From: Oopsacas minuta
Taxonomy: Eukaryota; Animalia; Porifera
Assembly: GCA_024704765.1 (NCBI GenBank)
Contig: JAKMXF010000077.1
Span: 573,220 to 637,219 of the forward strand
DNA length: 64,000 nucleotides
Reading direction: 5' to 3'
Shown here piece by piece: positions 30,743-42,431 of this stretch. A model generated the notes under the pieces. The model made no database searches and was not told where the DNA came from. It worked only from the letters and a program-made list of their open reading frames with translations. The translations under genes and the position numbers were made by a program. Position 1 is the first letter of the stretch; the number at the start of each line of letters is the position of its first letter.

Positions 30743-31763
30743 ATGGTAGATGCAAGGTCCAAAATCATCACTCACTATTTGTCCGGTAATAGGCCAACTG
30801 AAATTTTGAAGAAGCTGAAACATGAGAAAGTGAATAGAATGCTGGTGTATCGAACCATAAAACGATACAAAGAGACTAGTGGCATAACTGACAAGGCTCG
30901 TTCAGGCAGATCACCCACTGCGAGATCCATCCGACTCAGGAAGCCAGTGAGAAGTCGAGTTGCGCGAAATCCCAGACGCTCGATGCGAAAAATGGCCAAG
31001 GAACTGGAAATTAAACGTGAATCGCTTAGAAAACTCATACATCAGGACTTGGGACTAAAATCTCTCAAAAGAAAGACGGTACATCATCTGACACCATCAA
31101 TTTGTCAAAAGGGACTCGAAAGATGGAAGGGGCTCCTCCAGCGGCTCGGAACCGAAGATTTTGAAAAAATTATTTTTTCCGATGAAAAGCTCTTCACTGT
31201 AGAGGAAGCCACGAACCGTCAAAATGACAGGATTTTATCTACTACCGCTAAAGACATCCCTGAAGAGGTTAAATTTGTTGATCGAGTCCAGAAACCTCAA
31301 TGTGTTATGGTTTGGGGGAGGAGTGACGGCCAATTCGAGGACAAATCTGATTTTTATCCCGAAAGGAGTAAAAATAAACTCAGGAACGTACAGGAAGGTA
31401 ATACTCGAGCCGGAAGTCAAAGATGCAGGTCGTTACCTATTCAAAAACCAGGAATGGATATTCCAACAGGACTCAGCTCCAGCGGATGCCTCAAATGCGA
31501 CTCAATCCTTGCTCAGGGGGCAAAATATCAAGTTCTTGTCAAAGACGGAATGGCCACCTTCCAGCCCGGACCTCAATCCGCTGGATTATTCTGTGTGGAG
31601 TAATTTAGAGAAGAGGGCTTGTGCTAAACCCCGTAAAAGTTTAGCGTCGCTACTGAACGCATTAACCAGAGAATGGAATAACATGCCACAAGTAGACCTG
31701 CGAGCCGCAGTCCTAAAATTTAGGACACGAATACATTCCGTTGTTAAGAATAAGGGTGGCTAA
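30743..31763 (+). pseudogene. maT DD37D transposase, one frameshift near 31315
   Basis: IIFSDEKLF, NRQNDR, VMVWG | GVTANS, QQDSAPAD...WPPSSPDLNPLDYSVW, with 37 residues between the second and third D. Confidence 0.9.
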
Positions 31764-31824
31764 ATTGAATAATATTTTGTAGAATGATTCGGTACTATAA
31801 AACTAATATTCAAGAGAAATTTGA

Positions 31825-32173
31825 ACGAGTGTTATCTTAGCAGCCGATTCAAATCCCACTATAATAGCTTTTCTCAAAAGTATAGGTTCTATTTTGAAAA
31901 GAACAATATCAGTGTCAAGAAGAAAGTTGGTACATTTTATATCATCACCCATAATCGCCAAATTTTACATGATGAGTAAGCAATTTTGCATTACATTTTG
32001 GTCGAGGTTTTTTATTAATATCTCCTGAAATAATTGTGGTAATAACTCATCATTTTAATCATATTTACATCTCACTTGGTACATTGTGTATATCCAATTT
32101 GAAATTAAAATAATTATTTTTGAAAAAGTTATGAACCCCCGAACTTTACATAGGAATAACATAGACGACCAGT
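31825..32173 (+). repeat. Left TIR of the MULE (~349 bp)
   Basis: Reverse complement of 37511-37898. About 14 substitutions over the inner ~290 bp by manual count. Confidence 0.95.
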
Positions 32174-32524
32174 ATTTGCTTGATGATTTGTATGCTTTGT
32201 AGGTATATATTGATTACTTGAATATTCTTAGTGTAAATTTACTTATGATGACTAAATTCTTGAGGTCAAATTTATTCCTTCTCAATTATTAGGACCAGTT
32301 ATGTCAGTTTAGATTTTTGAACTTAGTATTAAATTAAGAATGTAATATCAATCAACAAATATTTGTAACACTGTAATTAATTTATTTCGTTTCTCACAAC
32401 CTTAATACTTTTGATATTCTCAACCTCATTTCTTCCACAAATTTTCTTCATATAACAGTCCTACTAAATTTCATTTCAATTCAATCATGTGAGTATCTTT
32501 CTTAATTAATTTTGTAATGTTACA

Positions 32525-32708
32525 TAGTCAACTCCCGGTATATCGAACATGGATAATTAGAAATCCTCGCTATATCGAAGTCTGAGATTATACAAATATA
32601 GTCACAAATCGTTAAAAAAAAACATAAATGTCATCGGTTATATTGAAATCCGCGTATATAGAAGTGATTATTGCGGTTCCTTGTTTCAGATATAAGGGGA
32701 GTTGACTG
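32525..32708. mobile_element. pogo-like MITE nested inside the MULE
   Basis: Ends (T)AGTCAACTCCCGGTATATC and GATATAAGGGGAGTTGACTG|TA. The left terminal base and TSD are mutated. Confidence 0.75.
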
Positions 32709-32758
32709 TAGTTTATGCAAATATGTCAGAAAATTAGTCGTTCTTTTTGGCATAGATT

Positions 32759-35700
32759 GTGTTCTTACTTCCAACCATGACATCTCTGGAACAATTTGTA
32801 ACTGCAATTACCCAACTGGGCTACAATAATTTTGATAAACTTAAGGTAGCATTGGATAACGGAGACAGACGAAGGGCGAAGTCAGTATGGGGAAAGTTAT
32901 CCATTCTCATATTCAATAAGAATAAGCCAAACACTCGTGCTCCTCTCTACTTAAAATGTAAACTAAATCGCAATCATTTTCAGGATCATATAAACAAAGT
33001 ATGGAAGGCAACAGCGGTAAGTTGAATAGCGATTCCGGTACTGATATATTCCAGTTGGCTGTAGAACATGTTAGCAGCAGGTTAGATTCGGATAGTATTT
33101 ATGTTAATAGTTTAGATCCTAGTAATATTAGTAGTAGTCAATTAGACACAGATTTTAGTGCAGGTAGCTTGGAGCGGGAAGTGTCAAATAGGAAATTCTT
33201 AGGCTTATTGGCATCTGCTTGCGAACAAGCTGAACTATATAGTTTAAAGAGTACCCTGTCTTCTTCTCCTCCTCAGACTGAGGTCACCGATACCCTCTTT
33301 TGGACGTACATTGATTGTGATAATCTTCTATGGTTAGACGCACTGAAATTTTTAGGGTCAGAATGTCCCTACATTAGTGGCGAATTCATGCTGATTAATG
33401 GGATAGTCTATGAGTGCAAAAAATTTAATGAGTTTTTATATGAGCACCTAAGAAACTTCAGACTTGTTAAGAGAGATAGTTGCTTATTAGAAGCATGGAT
33501 ATTAGTTGGCAACATCAACTGTCGAATTTTGCATTTGTTTGGAAACGCTTATCTCATTATCACAGTTGCACAACTCGAGGAATTTCTTAACTTTGCTTTA
33601 TCCATTAGAGAAAATATGGATTTAATATTTTAATTTAATTCAACTCTATCAGAAAAACTAGGCACGGTTAACTCTTCAAAAATTCCGTTGTTAGTTGATT
33701 CACATCCAAACATGTTATCTAAACTTGCACTTGATATTGGTCAATCAGAAACTAGTGTTGTCATCGATAAATATAACGTTAATCATGTGTCACTTGTCCC
33801 AGCCCTAGGTGATGGTGATATTCTGAAAGAGGTAATCATTGACGAATCCAGCACTATGGAACAAAGTACGGGTAGCTTTTTACTTAACTTTATAGAATGG
33901 GAAAATATTACTAGAAACGTGGGTGATCGTGTTATACTTTCAAAAGATTGGACTAACTTATTTAATTCCAAATTGGAAGGAATATTTCATTGTGCACTCT
34001 GTTTTAAATGCCACAAAATAAACAAATCTAAAAGTAGAAAACTGAACTGTTGTTTTTTTTAGAGCAAATGCAGAGTGTAAATTTCGCAATTGTTTTACTT
34101 TTACATTCATTATTAACAAGAATCCTCTTGAATGTCACACTAATGATTGTATTATCGTGAATTACATAGTTTCTGGTATTTTAGCTGATGAACATTTAGA
34201 TAATAATATTGTTTACGCAAGCAATTTGTGTAATTCTATTAGGTTAAAAGTAGCAACACAAATAGCAAACATAGCTGTAAGTAAATATCTCTATAATCAA
34301 TTCGAGTCTACAGAAAATAGAAATTTAGCGATTAATTTCGGTAATCTAAATAAAATTAAAAGCGCTGCTGTACTAAGGAAGGAAAAATTTGATTTGTTAA
34401 GTTTACAGAGGTTCTCTAATGATAATTGGAGTGAATTGATTAGTTTACAACAGTATTATCGGAATGTTACAGTGGGTAGTAATGTTAGAGGGTACATTCA
34501 GTCATTAGGACATAACCCCTTTATTATTCATTTATATACTGAAGACCAAATTAAAATATTAAAATGTTTTAAAGATAAAAGCATAATTCTTCACTTAGAT
34601 GCTACTGGCTCAATCATTCGAAAGATTGAACCTTCCCAGCACAAAGTATTTTATTATGCTCTCACAGCACAACATCCAACTTGTTCTACCAGTCCCGTAC
34701 CTCTGGCAGAGATGATCAGTTCTGGTCACTAGCGCTGAGATTAGTTATTTTCTACACAAATGGCATCTTGATGCAAAGAAAATATTAGGTTATAATATTA
34801 ACATAGGACAAGTTGAGGTAGATTTCAGCTGGGCATTAATTCATAGCGTGCGTAATGATTTTCTTAAATGTGACATCGATACATATCTTGATAAATGTTG
34901 GAATAGTGTAGATACAAATTCTTCCAATCAGGAACTAGAATTAAAATAGATTCTCCATTTATGTTCTGCCCATATAAGGCATGGTATTGGCTTTCATATT
35001 AATAGGAAATTTATGTTAAATAAAGAAGTGAGAAAGTTGTTTTTGTATTCCTTTGGATATCTGCTGCGTTGTACTAATATTACTCAAATAAGTTGTGTGT
35101 TTACTTCCTTGTGTTATGTGTTTAAGAGTAAATATATGAATGAACATGTATTAACCAACATTAAAACATTAGAGCATTATATTAGCAACAGTTATTCTGA
35201 TTTAGATGATACAAATGAAAGTTTATACGATGAGGATAGTGATAATGATCCCATCGATAATAAGGATGGTAAGACCCTAAGAGACAGATCTCCCTTTGGC
35301 AAACATTTTGCATATATAAGTAAACAATGTGAAAATGCTATCAAAGAATAATCACACCAAACATTTGATCCGAATCCTTGCTATTATCTTAGCCTTATAG
35401 AATATATTTTAACTTACTACTTACCTATTCTGCCATTATGGAGTGGTATTATATTAGGCCCCCACAGTCTTTCAGTTGGAAATAATTATTCGTATTATAG
35501 TAACGCCATTGTAGAGAACTGGATGCGTATAGTTAAATTAGATATTTTGAATTCGAAATCAAATTTGAGGCCTGGAGATTTCATTAGAGTATTATATCCT
35601 GGTATAACTAGTAGAATTTCCGCTTTCAATTTTACTTTTCATCCCAGAGCTGATAAAATTTTTAAAGGTCGTAAGCGAATAAGAGATATTTCAGAAGAAA

Positions 35701-36515
35701 ATGTAGTGAAGAATGGTCCAGGAAAAGAAACAGCATTATGGCTATTTGAAGTCGAAAACATATGAATTTCCTCAATTTAATAGAGATAAAACTGTCGTAA
35801 AAGATAAATTAATCCCTATTAAGCGTCAGAAGTTGTCTACGTTACGTATGATTTGCAAATCACCCGAATTAAGACTGCGTCAATTATTACTGATGAAGAA
35901 TTGGTAGAGTCAAGTATAATACGATATATTATACCAAGCTTTATTCCACCACACATTGAATGGCAAATTGCTACCTGTAAGAAATGGAAACTACATTATA
36001 GTAATCAGATTATCTATTCTTTAGATAATTTAATTGATAATGGTGAAGGATTATATGTATATAATCCTGGGACAACAGAAACAATATCAGGTGATGGAAA
36101 CTGTTATTTTTCTACAATTTCTTATCTAATAACAGGTAGTAAAACCTATCATAAAGAATTACGGGCAATTATCGTTGAAAACATGCTTGGTAAATTAAGT
36201 GCGAGTTGTAATGCGTTTTTGCGTACTAAGTATGTTCATACTCAAGGTAATTTTAGGAATATTCAGGATTGGGTAAATAAAATGGGGACGAGTAAGGTTG
36301 GGAAATGGGCTACTGACTTAGAGGTATTTGCAACTTCGTTGTTATTTAATATAGATATTTGGGTGTTTTTGGGCCCTACTGGAACTCGTTGGGCTGGGTT
36401 TTCAGGTAATGGATCAAGTTTTGATCAATTATTAAAGGAGCCAACTTCAAATGGTTTATATATTCAGAATTTAGGTAATCATTACCAGCCCATACTATCT
36501 CTAATTTATTATTAA
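32759..36515 (+). pseudogene. MULE/NOF-like transposase with C-terminal OTU-like protease, broken by frameshifts and stops
   Basis: Successive ORFs give WxxLF..C..FK..RK..F..A.C, then ILHLDATGS (D1), PVPLAEMISS, EVDFSWALI (D2), LHLCSAH (CxxH) and SNAIVENW (E). The last ORF contains GDGNCYF...HYQP. Confidence 0.75.
35853..36515 (+). CDS. OTU-like cysteine protease domain (C-terminal part of the MULE protein), open frame
   Basis: ETISGDGNCYFSTISYLITG..HKELR..IV..M, KWATDLEVFATS.LF.IDIWVF and LYIQNLGNHYQPIL. The catalytic Cys (DGNC) and His are in OTU order. Confidence 0.8.
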   Translation: MQITRIKTASIITDEELVESSIIRYIIPSFIPPHIEWQIATCKKWKLHYSNQIIYSLDNLIDNGEGLYVYNPGTTETISGDGNCYFSTISYLITGSKTYHKELRAIIVENMLGKLSASCNAFLRTKYVHTQGNFRNIQDWVNKMGTSKVGKWATDLEVFATSLLFNIDIWVFLGPTGTRWAGFSGNGSSFDQLLKEPTSNGLYIQNLGNHYQPILSLIYY

Positions 36516-37510
36516 AAGCAACCCAATCATTGGTTTCAATTTATGGCAGCGAAAATTATATATTTACCAACAAAATTATTGATGAAACAATAAATATTTT
36601 GTATAAATGAATCTTGAATATTTTATGAGATCTCATCTAAATATGTAAATTGATTGCGACAAAAATCACAAATGTAAGTATATACGTATATGTATCGACA
36701 GTTGGATTATATGGAACTATTTTATGACCTTTTCTCTAACCAAGATACGTTTAAAAGCTGGATTATATTACGCAGGATTTGGAAACTAACACAACACCAA
36801 TATGTAAAGTTCTGGGAGATATATTCATAGTAAAGTAAACAATGAACATGAAAATCTATATTCTTATCCTTACAATTATCTTAATCAATCTAGGAATTAT
36901 ATCTCCAAATCTCTTTTACAAACATTTATTTTATAATTTGCACAAATTTGAATCAGAAAGAAGTTATTCTCTATTTTTGGAGCATTCATTTGGAGACCCA
37001 TGTCCTGGAGTTAACTCTCGATTCTCTTACCAATCTGGCATTAATAATTACAAATCGAAGTGTTGATCATCACTTCAAATCTTATCTGGTCAAGACATTT
37101 GTTACTCTTCCTTATCGTATAGCTGTAAAGATTTTGCATAAATTGTACCACCTGTTTTAGGTTTAGCCTGTTCTAATAGACAAGGGAAATTCAATCAGTA
37201 TTTCTCATTAGTTCATCAATCAGTTCAATACAGAAAAGATAGACAGACAAACTATAATATCTGGTTAATTAGTATCTTGTAATACTTTTCGAGTTATTTA
37301 CTCTTTTCTATTCAAAAAGTAATGTTTTGTATAATGTATGATAACTGTCATTACAATGGTGTTGTGTTATTGATTATACTTCAAGTATCTTTTGATTATT
37401 ATCTAGAAACCATAATAGAATTGGAACTATAAAATTGAAAATGATACTAAATCCTTATCAAAATTTACGTACACCGTAATGTCATACATACTTCATTATT
37501 GATAGTACAA

Positions 37511-37898
37511 ACTGGTCGTCTATGTAATACCCATGTAAAGTTCGGGCGTTCATAACTTTTTCAAAAATAATTATTGTAATTTCAAATTGGATATACACAA
37601 TGTACCAAGTGAGATGTAAATATGATTAAAATGACAAGTTATTATCACAATTATTTCAGGAGATATTAATAAAAAACCTCGACCAAAATGTAATACAAAA
37701 TTGCTTACTCATCATACAAAATTTGGCGATTATGAGTGATGATATAAAATGTACTAACTTTCTTCTTGACACTGATATGGTTCTTTTCAAAATAGAACCT
37801 ATACTTTTTGAGAAAAAGGTGTTTTAATGGGGATTTGAATCGGCTGCTGAATCGGCTGCTGAATCGGCTGCTGAATAGGCTGCTAAGATAACACTCGT
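37511..37898 (-). repeat. Right TIR of the MULE (~388 bp including a tandem expansion)
   Basis: Inverted copy of 31825-32173. Confidence 0.95.
37837..37884. repeat. 12-bp tandem repeat (GAATCGGCTGCT)x4 inside the right TIR
   Basis: Three perfect copies plus one with a single mismatch. The left TIR has one copy. Confidence 0.95.
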
Positions 37899-38315
37899 GA
37901 AATTTGAACGATATCTATTGTATAGTTTCGGAGTTATTCGCAAATTCGAATGTAACAGAACTTTATCGTCACCCTGTACACTCCGAAATTTTTCCTTCCA
38001 TTAAAATTTTTCTTACAGATTATACAAAAATTTATGAAATCAAAAAAGTTCTGGCAAAATAATTTCAACATATCCGCATTTTTAATATATTATCGTGATT
38101 CTTCGCTGGTATAGTTCTTTCTAGAATTCAATTTAATTACTAATTACCTAACAGAATTGATGTTTTTAACAAATTCCTATCCAAAATGTCATTACCATAG
38201 CAACAAAATGAAACGTAGGAATTTACGCAATAGTTTTAATCTAGCTAAGTAGTATTTATATGTTATTACATTTAGGATATATACGTGTAATTATTGATAA
38301 ATTCAGTTAAAGCAA

Positions 38316-39237
38316 ATGAGTGAAGAAACGAAACATGAACATGCAAAAACTAGAATTTGTCGCTGGTGTTGTTCGAAAGTTGGCAAAATTGTTTTGACGA
38401 ATAATCACCTAAAGGACACTAAGTTAGGTGAATTATACAACCAATATTTGGAACCAAACAATATTTTAGAAGACAATAGCCCTTATATCGTGCGTATTAC
38501 TTGTAAGCTCTACTTGTTTACTCTGTCTTCAGGGGATACGACGAGAAACTCCCGCACGATATGATTGGCATATAATTCGTAACACGCGCTTAAACACCTG
38601 CAGCATTGGGAACTTATGTTCAATGTGCGCCGAGAGTTCTAGGTTCGGTCGCAAGCATCCAGCTTCATTTTCGATAATCCATATAAAGCCAGGAAGACTA
38701 ATAATCAATTCACCTCAAAAAATGATTAATATATGCAACAAATGTGCGAGTCGTGTTAGTCCTGGAGTTAGTCATATCTGTTTGAAAAAGACATTGATTA
38801 TCAACGCACATAATATGTTGGAACACCATAACGTTATTGATACATTCGTTGGTGATAATGTATACCAAGGATTACATGAATGTAGCCACAACAAGTCTTC
38901 AATTCAGTTGCCTAAAACTTCAGGTGGGAATCCGTTTCATCTTTCTGTCTCCTCTCCCAGTACTGATAAACGTCGAGCTAAATTACCAAAAATGGATTTC
39001 TCTCACATCGCGAATTTGAAGTGTTCAGGAATGCCATTGTCTAATAAGCAGTTAAAGGTAGTAACTCGAATTATTAGAGATGTTGGAATACCATGTCCAC
39101 CAATGGATAGCTACTATAGAGAACGACATTTGTTATGCGACGAAATATTCGAATACATCCAGATTGAGCTGGACTATAGTAAAGAGAAATACAAGTCAGA
39201 ATATGGAATCAATAAATTTAATTACTTCAGAACCTAA
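38316..39237 (+). pseudogene. N-terminal zinc-finger region of a Chapaev-like transposase, truncated before the catalytic domain
   Basis: H..K.RICRWCCSK, P.IVRITCKLYL..GD, RFGRKHP..KPGR and ICNKC.S.V..G.SH.C..KT..N follow the Cys/His pattern I recall for Chapaev N-termini. No catalytic region follows; a MITE starts at 39266. Confidence 0.55.
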
Positions 39238-39265
39238 ACAAAAGAATCGGCTTAGCAAGTATTTA

Positions 39266-39394
39266 CAGTAGGATTCGGATAAGACGTACCCTTTAAGGAT
39301 CAAAAATTTCCAGAAATTATCTGAGTAACTTCAAACAAGTGCAAGTATTTGAAACCCGTTCTGATGGAAGGCATGTTCTATCCGAGTTCTAATG
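39266..39394. mobile_element. Degenerate MITE related to 27584-27769
   Basis: TA|CAGTAGGATTCGGATAAGACGTAC ... TATCCGAGTTCTAATG|TA. Confidence 0.7.
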
Positions 39395-40654
39395 TATATT
39401 ATTTACAGAAAATTCAGACGAAACTGAACACTAAAAAATAATTAAGCATGAGGAGATGCTCACCCTGTCTATAATGAAATTTGGCCGCCAACGTTGAGAC
39501 AGGAAAATTCTGATATAGATCATGTAAATTCTAAAAAACAAATGATACATTTTTGAAGAAGAAAGGAGCAACTATAATTGTCCTCTAGGAGGCGGAAGCA
39601 CTGTGAACGTCCTTGCATCAATATTTTAAGCGAAAAATTTGAGCCTAAATGTTTGTGAAATGTGGTTAAATTATATTAAAGGGCATCAGGGTTATTTTGA
39701 CATTTGGAACATAATATTAAGATACTCTATTTCAGCTTTATATAGTAGATAATGTAAATAGTGATAATTGATATATTACAGTAGTGATATATTGGATCTA
39801 GTGATATTAATAATGCTTCGGAAGTGTCCAAGTCAATTTACATACACATTTTATTTGATATAGTGATACAAAATTGGATATAACGATAATGTCAGTATTT
39901 AAAAAGTAGATTAGTCAATAAAGGTATTCAAAATGAAGATTCTCAATTACATGAAGTATATACTTTATGCACTCCAGATGGGACAAAGTATCTTAAAATC
40001 CCTTGGAGGAATCAGTTAGCCGAATTTGATGTCTCGTATATTAAGATATGTTTCTTGCATGTCTTGTATAGTGTGATATTGGATATACCGATATACGGAT
40101 ATAGTGATCATTTAGCAGAAAATCTTGGTCTCCCGACACTATCGCGATTTCCATGATCTATTGGCAGAATATCTATATTTAGATACCATTTATGTATCTT
40201 TCCCTAATTCGCGGGACGGAAGATAAATCAAATGACTTTGTAAATCAATATGGTGCCTTGACAATTGGCAAGGATTTGTTATCACATTATAACTCAATAG
40301 TAATCAATAAGCAAATTTTCGGTCTCCTTCTGTTGGCTTGAGGGATTGTGGTATTCCAGCAGAATTGTGATCCATTATATATTCGCAAATAGAATGTACT
40401 GAATGATAAATATTTGTTCAAGTGTTATTACACAGCCCTGCGGGAAAAAAATTTTATTTGCTGATTGTTATTGCAAAACATTTTCTAATCCACATTTTAA
40501 TACTGATTTTGAAAAATGTTGTAAAATATACGTACCACGTCTAGTTTTTTGCAAAATTATTTTTAAATATTGATATATTTATCGATGAATGCATGATACC
40601 TCTACAAGTAAAATAGTGAAAATCTGCCATTTATAAATTTTAACTAAGAATTAC

Positions 40655-40725
40655 AATAAATTTTTATTGATAATATAATCTTAGTTAATAAATTTTTATT
40701 GATAATATAATCTTAGTTAATAAAT
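40655..40725. repeat. 32-bp tandem duplication in the 3' end of the Chapaev3 copy
   Basis: AATAAATTTTTATTGATAATATAATCTTAGTT x2 plus a partial third copy. Confidence 0.9.
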
Positions 40726-42431
40726 AATTTGAATATATTAGTCTGAATCAGGAGTAAATTTCCGTTTTGTGACATTCTAGCATGAATAACATCAATACAA
40801 TCTCTCTTGAGGCACCAGCAGTAATCAGCCATCATATGAACGTCCCATCTCCCCTGATATCGTGTTTCCATTGTTTTTATGTCTTGGTGGAATCGTTCAC
40901 CTTGCTCCTCGGAAACAGCTCCAAGATTCTCTGGAAAATAGTCAATATGACTGTGAAGAAAGTGAACTTTTACACTCACATTGCAGCCGAGATTCTTGTA
41001 AGATTCAATCAACTCATTCACAAGTATTTTATAATTAGGAATTTCGTATTTCCCCAAGAAGTTTTTCATGACATTTACAAATGCATTCCATGCACATTTT
41101 TTTTTGCATATCATAGAATTTGAAAAATTATCATCTCGAACAAGTTGTCTTATCTGAGGACCGTCGAATATACCGGCTTTTCTTTTTTCATCACTTAGGT
41201 AGTAAAATTTCTCGGTAAAATATTTCAAACAATTTCCTTCTTTATCTAATGCCCTTACAAACTGTTTCATCAATCCTAATTTTATATGAAGTGGTGGAAG
41301 CAAAATCTTGAGAGGATCCACTAGAGGCTCGTGAATAATGTTCTTATCTCCAACATTAAGATTGGTTCTAGCTGGCCAGCTCTGTCTAGAATAGTGTTCG
41401 CTCTTTGCACGACTGTCCCATAAGCATAAAAAACAAAGGTATTTTGTATATCCTGATTGCTGTCCCAAAAGAATGCATATGATTTTTAAGTCACCACAGA
41501 TTACCCAATTGTGCTGGTTATAATTAATTTTATGAAGCACAATTTTCATGTTATCATATCGTTCCTTTAAACTTACTGAATGTCCAATTGGTATGGAACT
41601 AAATTTGTTGCCATTATGAAGTAGAACACATTTCAAACTTTGTTTTGAACTATCAAAAAAGAGTCTCCAATCATTAGGTACATACGGACATCCAAGAGCA
41701 TTAACTAGCGGTGAAACATCATGACAAAACACAAATCCGTCTTCCATTATGAAATATTTCAAAAATTCGATCTCTCTGTTCCTATATGAGTAAAATTTTG
41801 TTTCTGGGAGAAGCAAGTTTTTTTCTTTTAGCCTAGAACCTAACAACTCCGCAGATTCTTTAGGTAAATCTAAATCACATACCAAATCATTTAATTCAGA
41901 CTGATTAAATAACTGTGGAGAAGTAGAACGAGATAATACACACGGAATAAAATCCTCATCTTCTCTAATTCAAGAATCTCTAGTTTCACAATCATCAATT
42001 TCCGAGATAACACCCAAATTAGTAAATTTTGGAACAGGTACATCAATAGAATGGGGAACGGGTCGTATTGCTGAATGTAAATTTGGATACTTGATCAATG
42101 ACTTGGTTTTAGCATTGAATCCGGAAATATTCGCCATACAAAAGTAACAATCGCTAATGTGATTTTGTGGCTCTCTCCATATCATTGGAATTCCAAAACT
42201 TAAACTCTTTCTGATCCCTTTTGTCCATTGCCTCAAATTTTCTACACAAGATCGGCACACTGTATGTGGAGCCCATGTTTTGTCTTGATCACCTAATCTC
42301 ATTCCAAAATATTCTAAATATGCTTTTTTAACAAATCCTGTTATTGCCGTAGTTTGTTTAGAAGTCATAAAACTCCCACAAATATAACAAAAGACGTCTG
42401 GATCATTACTGCACCTTCTCCGATAAGCCAT
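40713..42431 (-). pseudogene. Chapaev3-type transposase, one stop plus frameshift near 41970-41920
   Basis: FCYICG..GDQDKTWAPH..PMIWREPQNH..CYFC, then WRLFFDSSKQSLKCVLLHNGN, GYTKYLCFLCLWDSRA, LHIKLGLMKQFV, HFLHSH..GAVSEEQGERFHQDI..DYCW. Confidence 0.9.

Larger units (their letters stand above)
31825..37898 (+). mobile_element. Mutator-like (MULE; FB-NOF/Rehavkus-like) DNA transposon, 6074 bp
   Basis: Long TIRs beginning ACGAGTGTTATCTTAGCAGCC and an exact 9-bp TSD GAAATTTGA (31816-24, 37899-907). The internal ORF chain carries MULE-type DDE motifs. Confidence 0.85.
30580..37976 (+). mobile_element. maT (DD37D) Tc1/mariner element split by a 6.07-kb MULE insertion (own sequence 30580-31824 + 37908-37976, ~1314 bp)
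   Basis: Left TIR TA|CAGGGTGACAATCAAGTTCTGTCACA; the right TIR TGTAACAGAACTTTATCGTCACCCTG|TA is found only at 37951-37976. Removing the insert and one TSD copy restores a typical ~1.3-kb element. Confidence 0.9.

Noticed and set aside
30775-31608. Antisense and alternative-frame ORFs over transposases (also 40782-41123, 59533-60455, 54720-54920)
   Set aside because: These are shadow ORFs of the real coding frames.
31825-37898. Possible methylation/RIP-type mutation bias between the MULE TIRs
   Set aside because: A manual count gives about 9 transitions to 5 transversions with a single CA/TG pair, which is too weak to claim.
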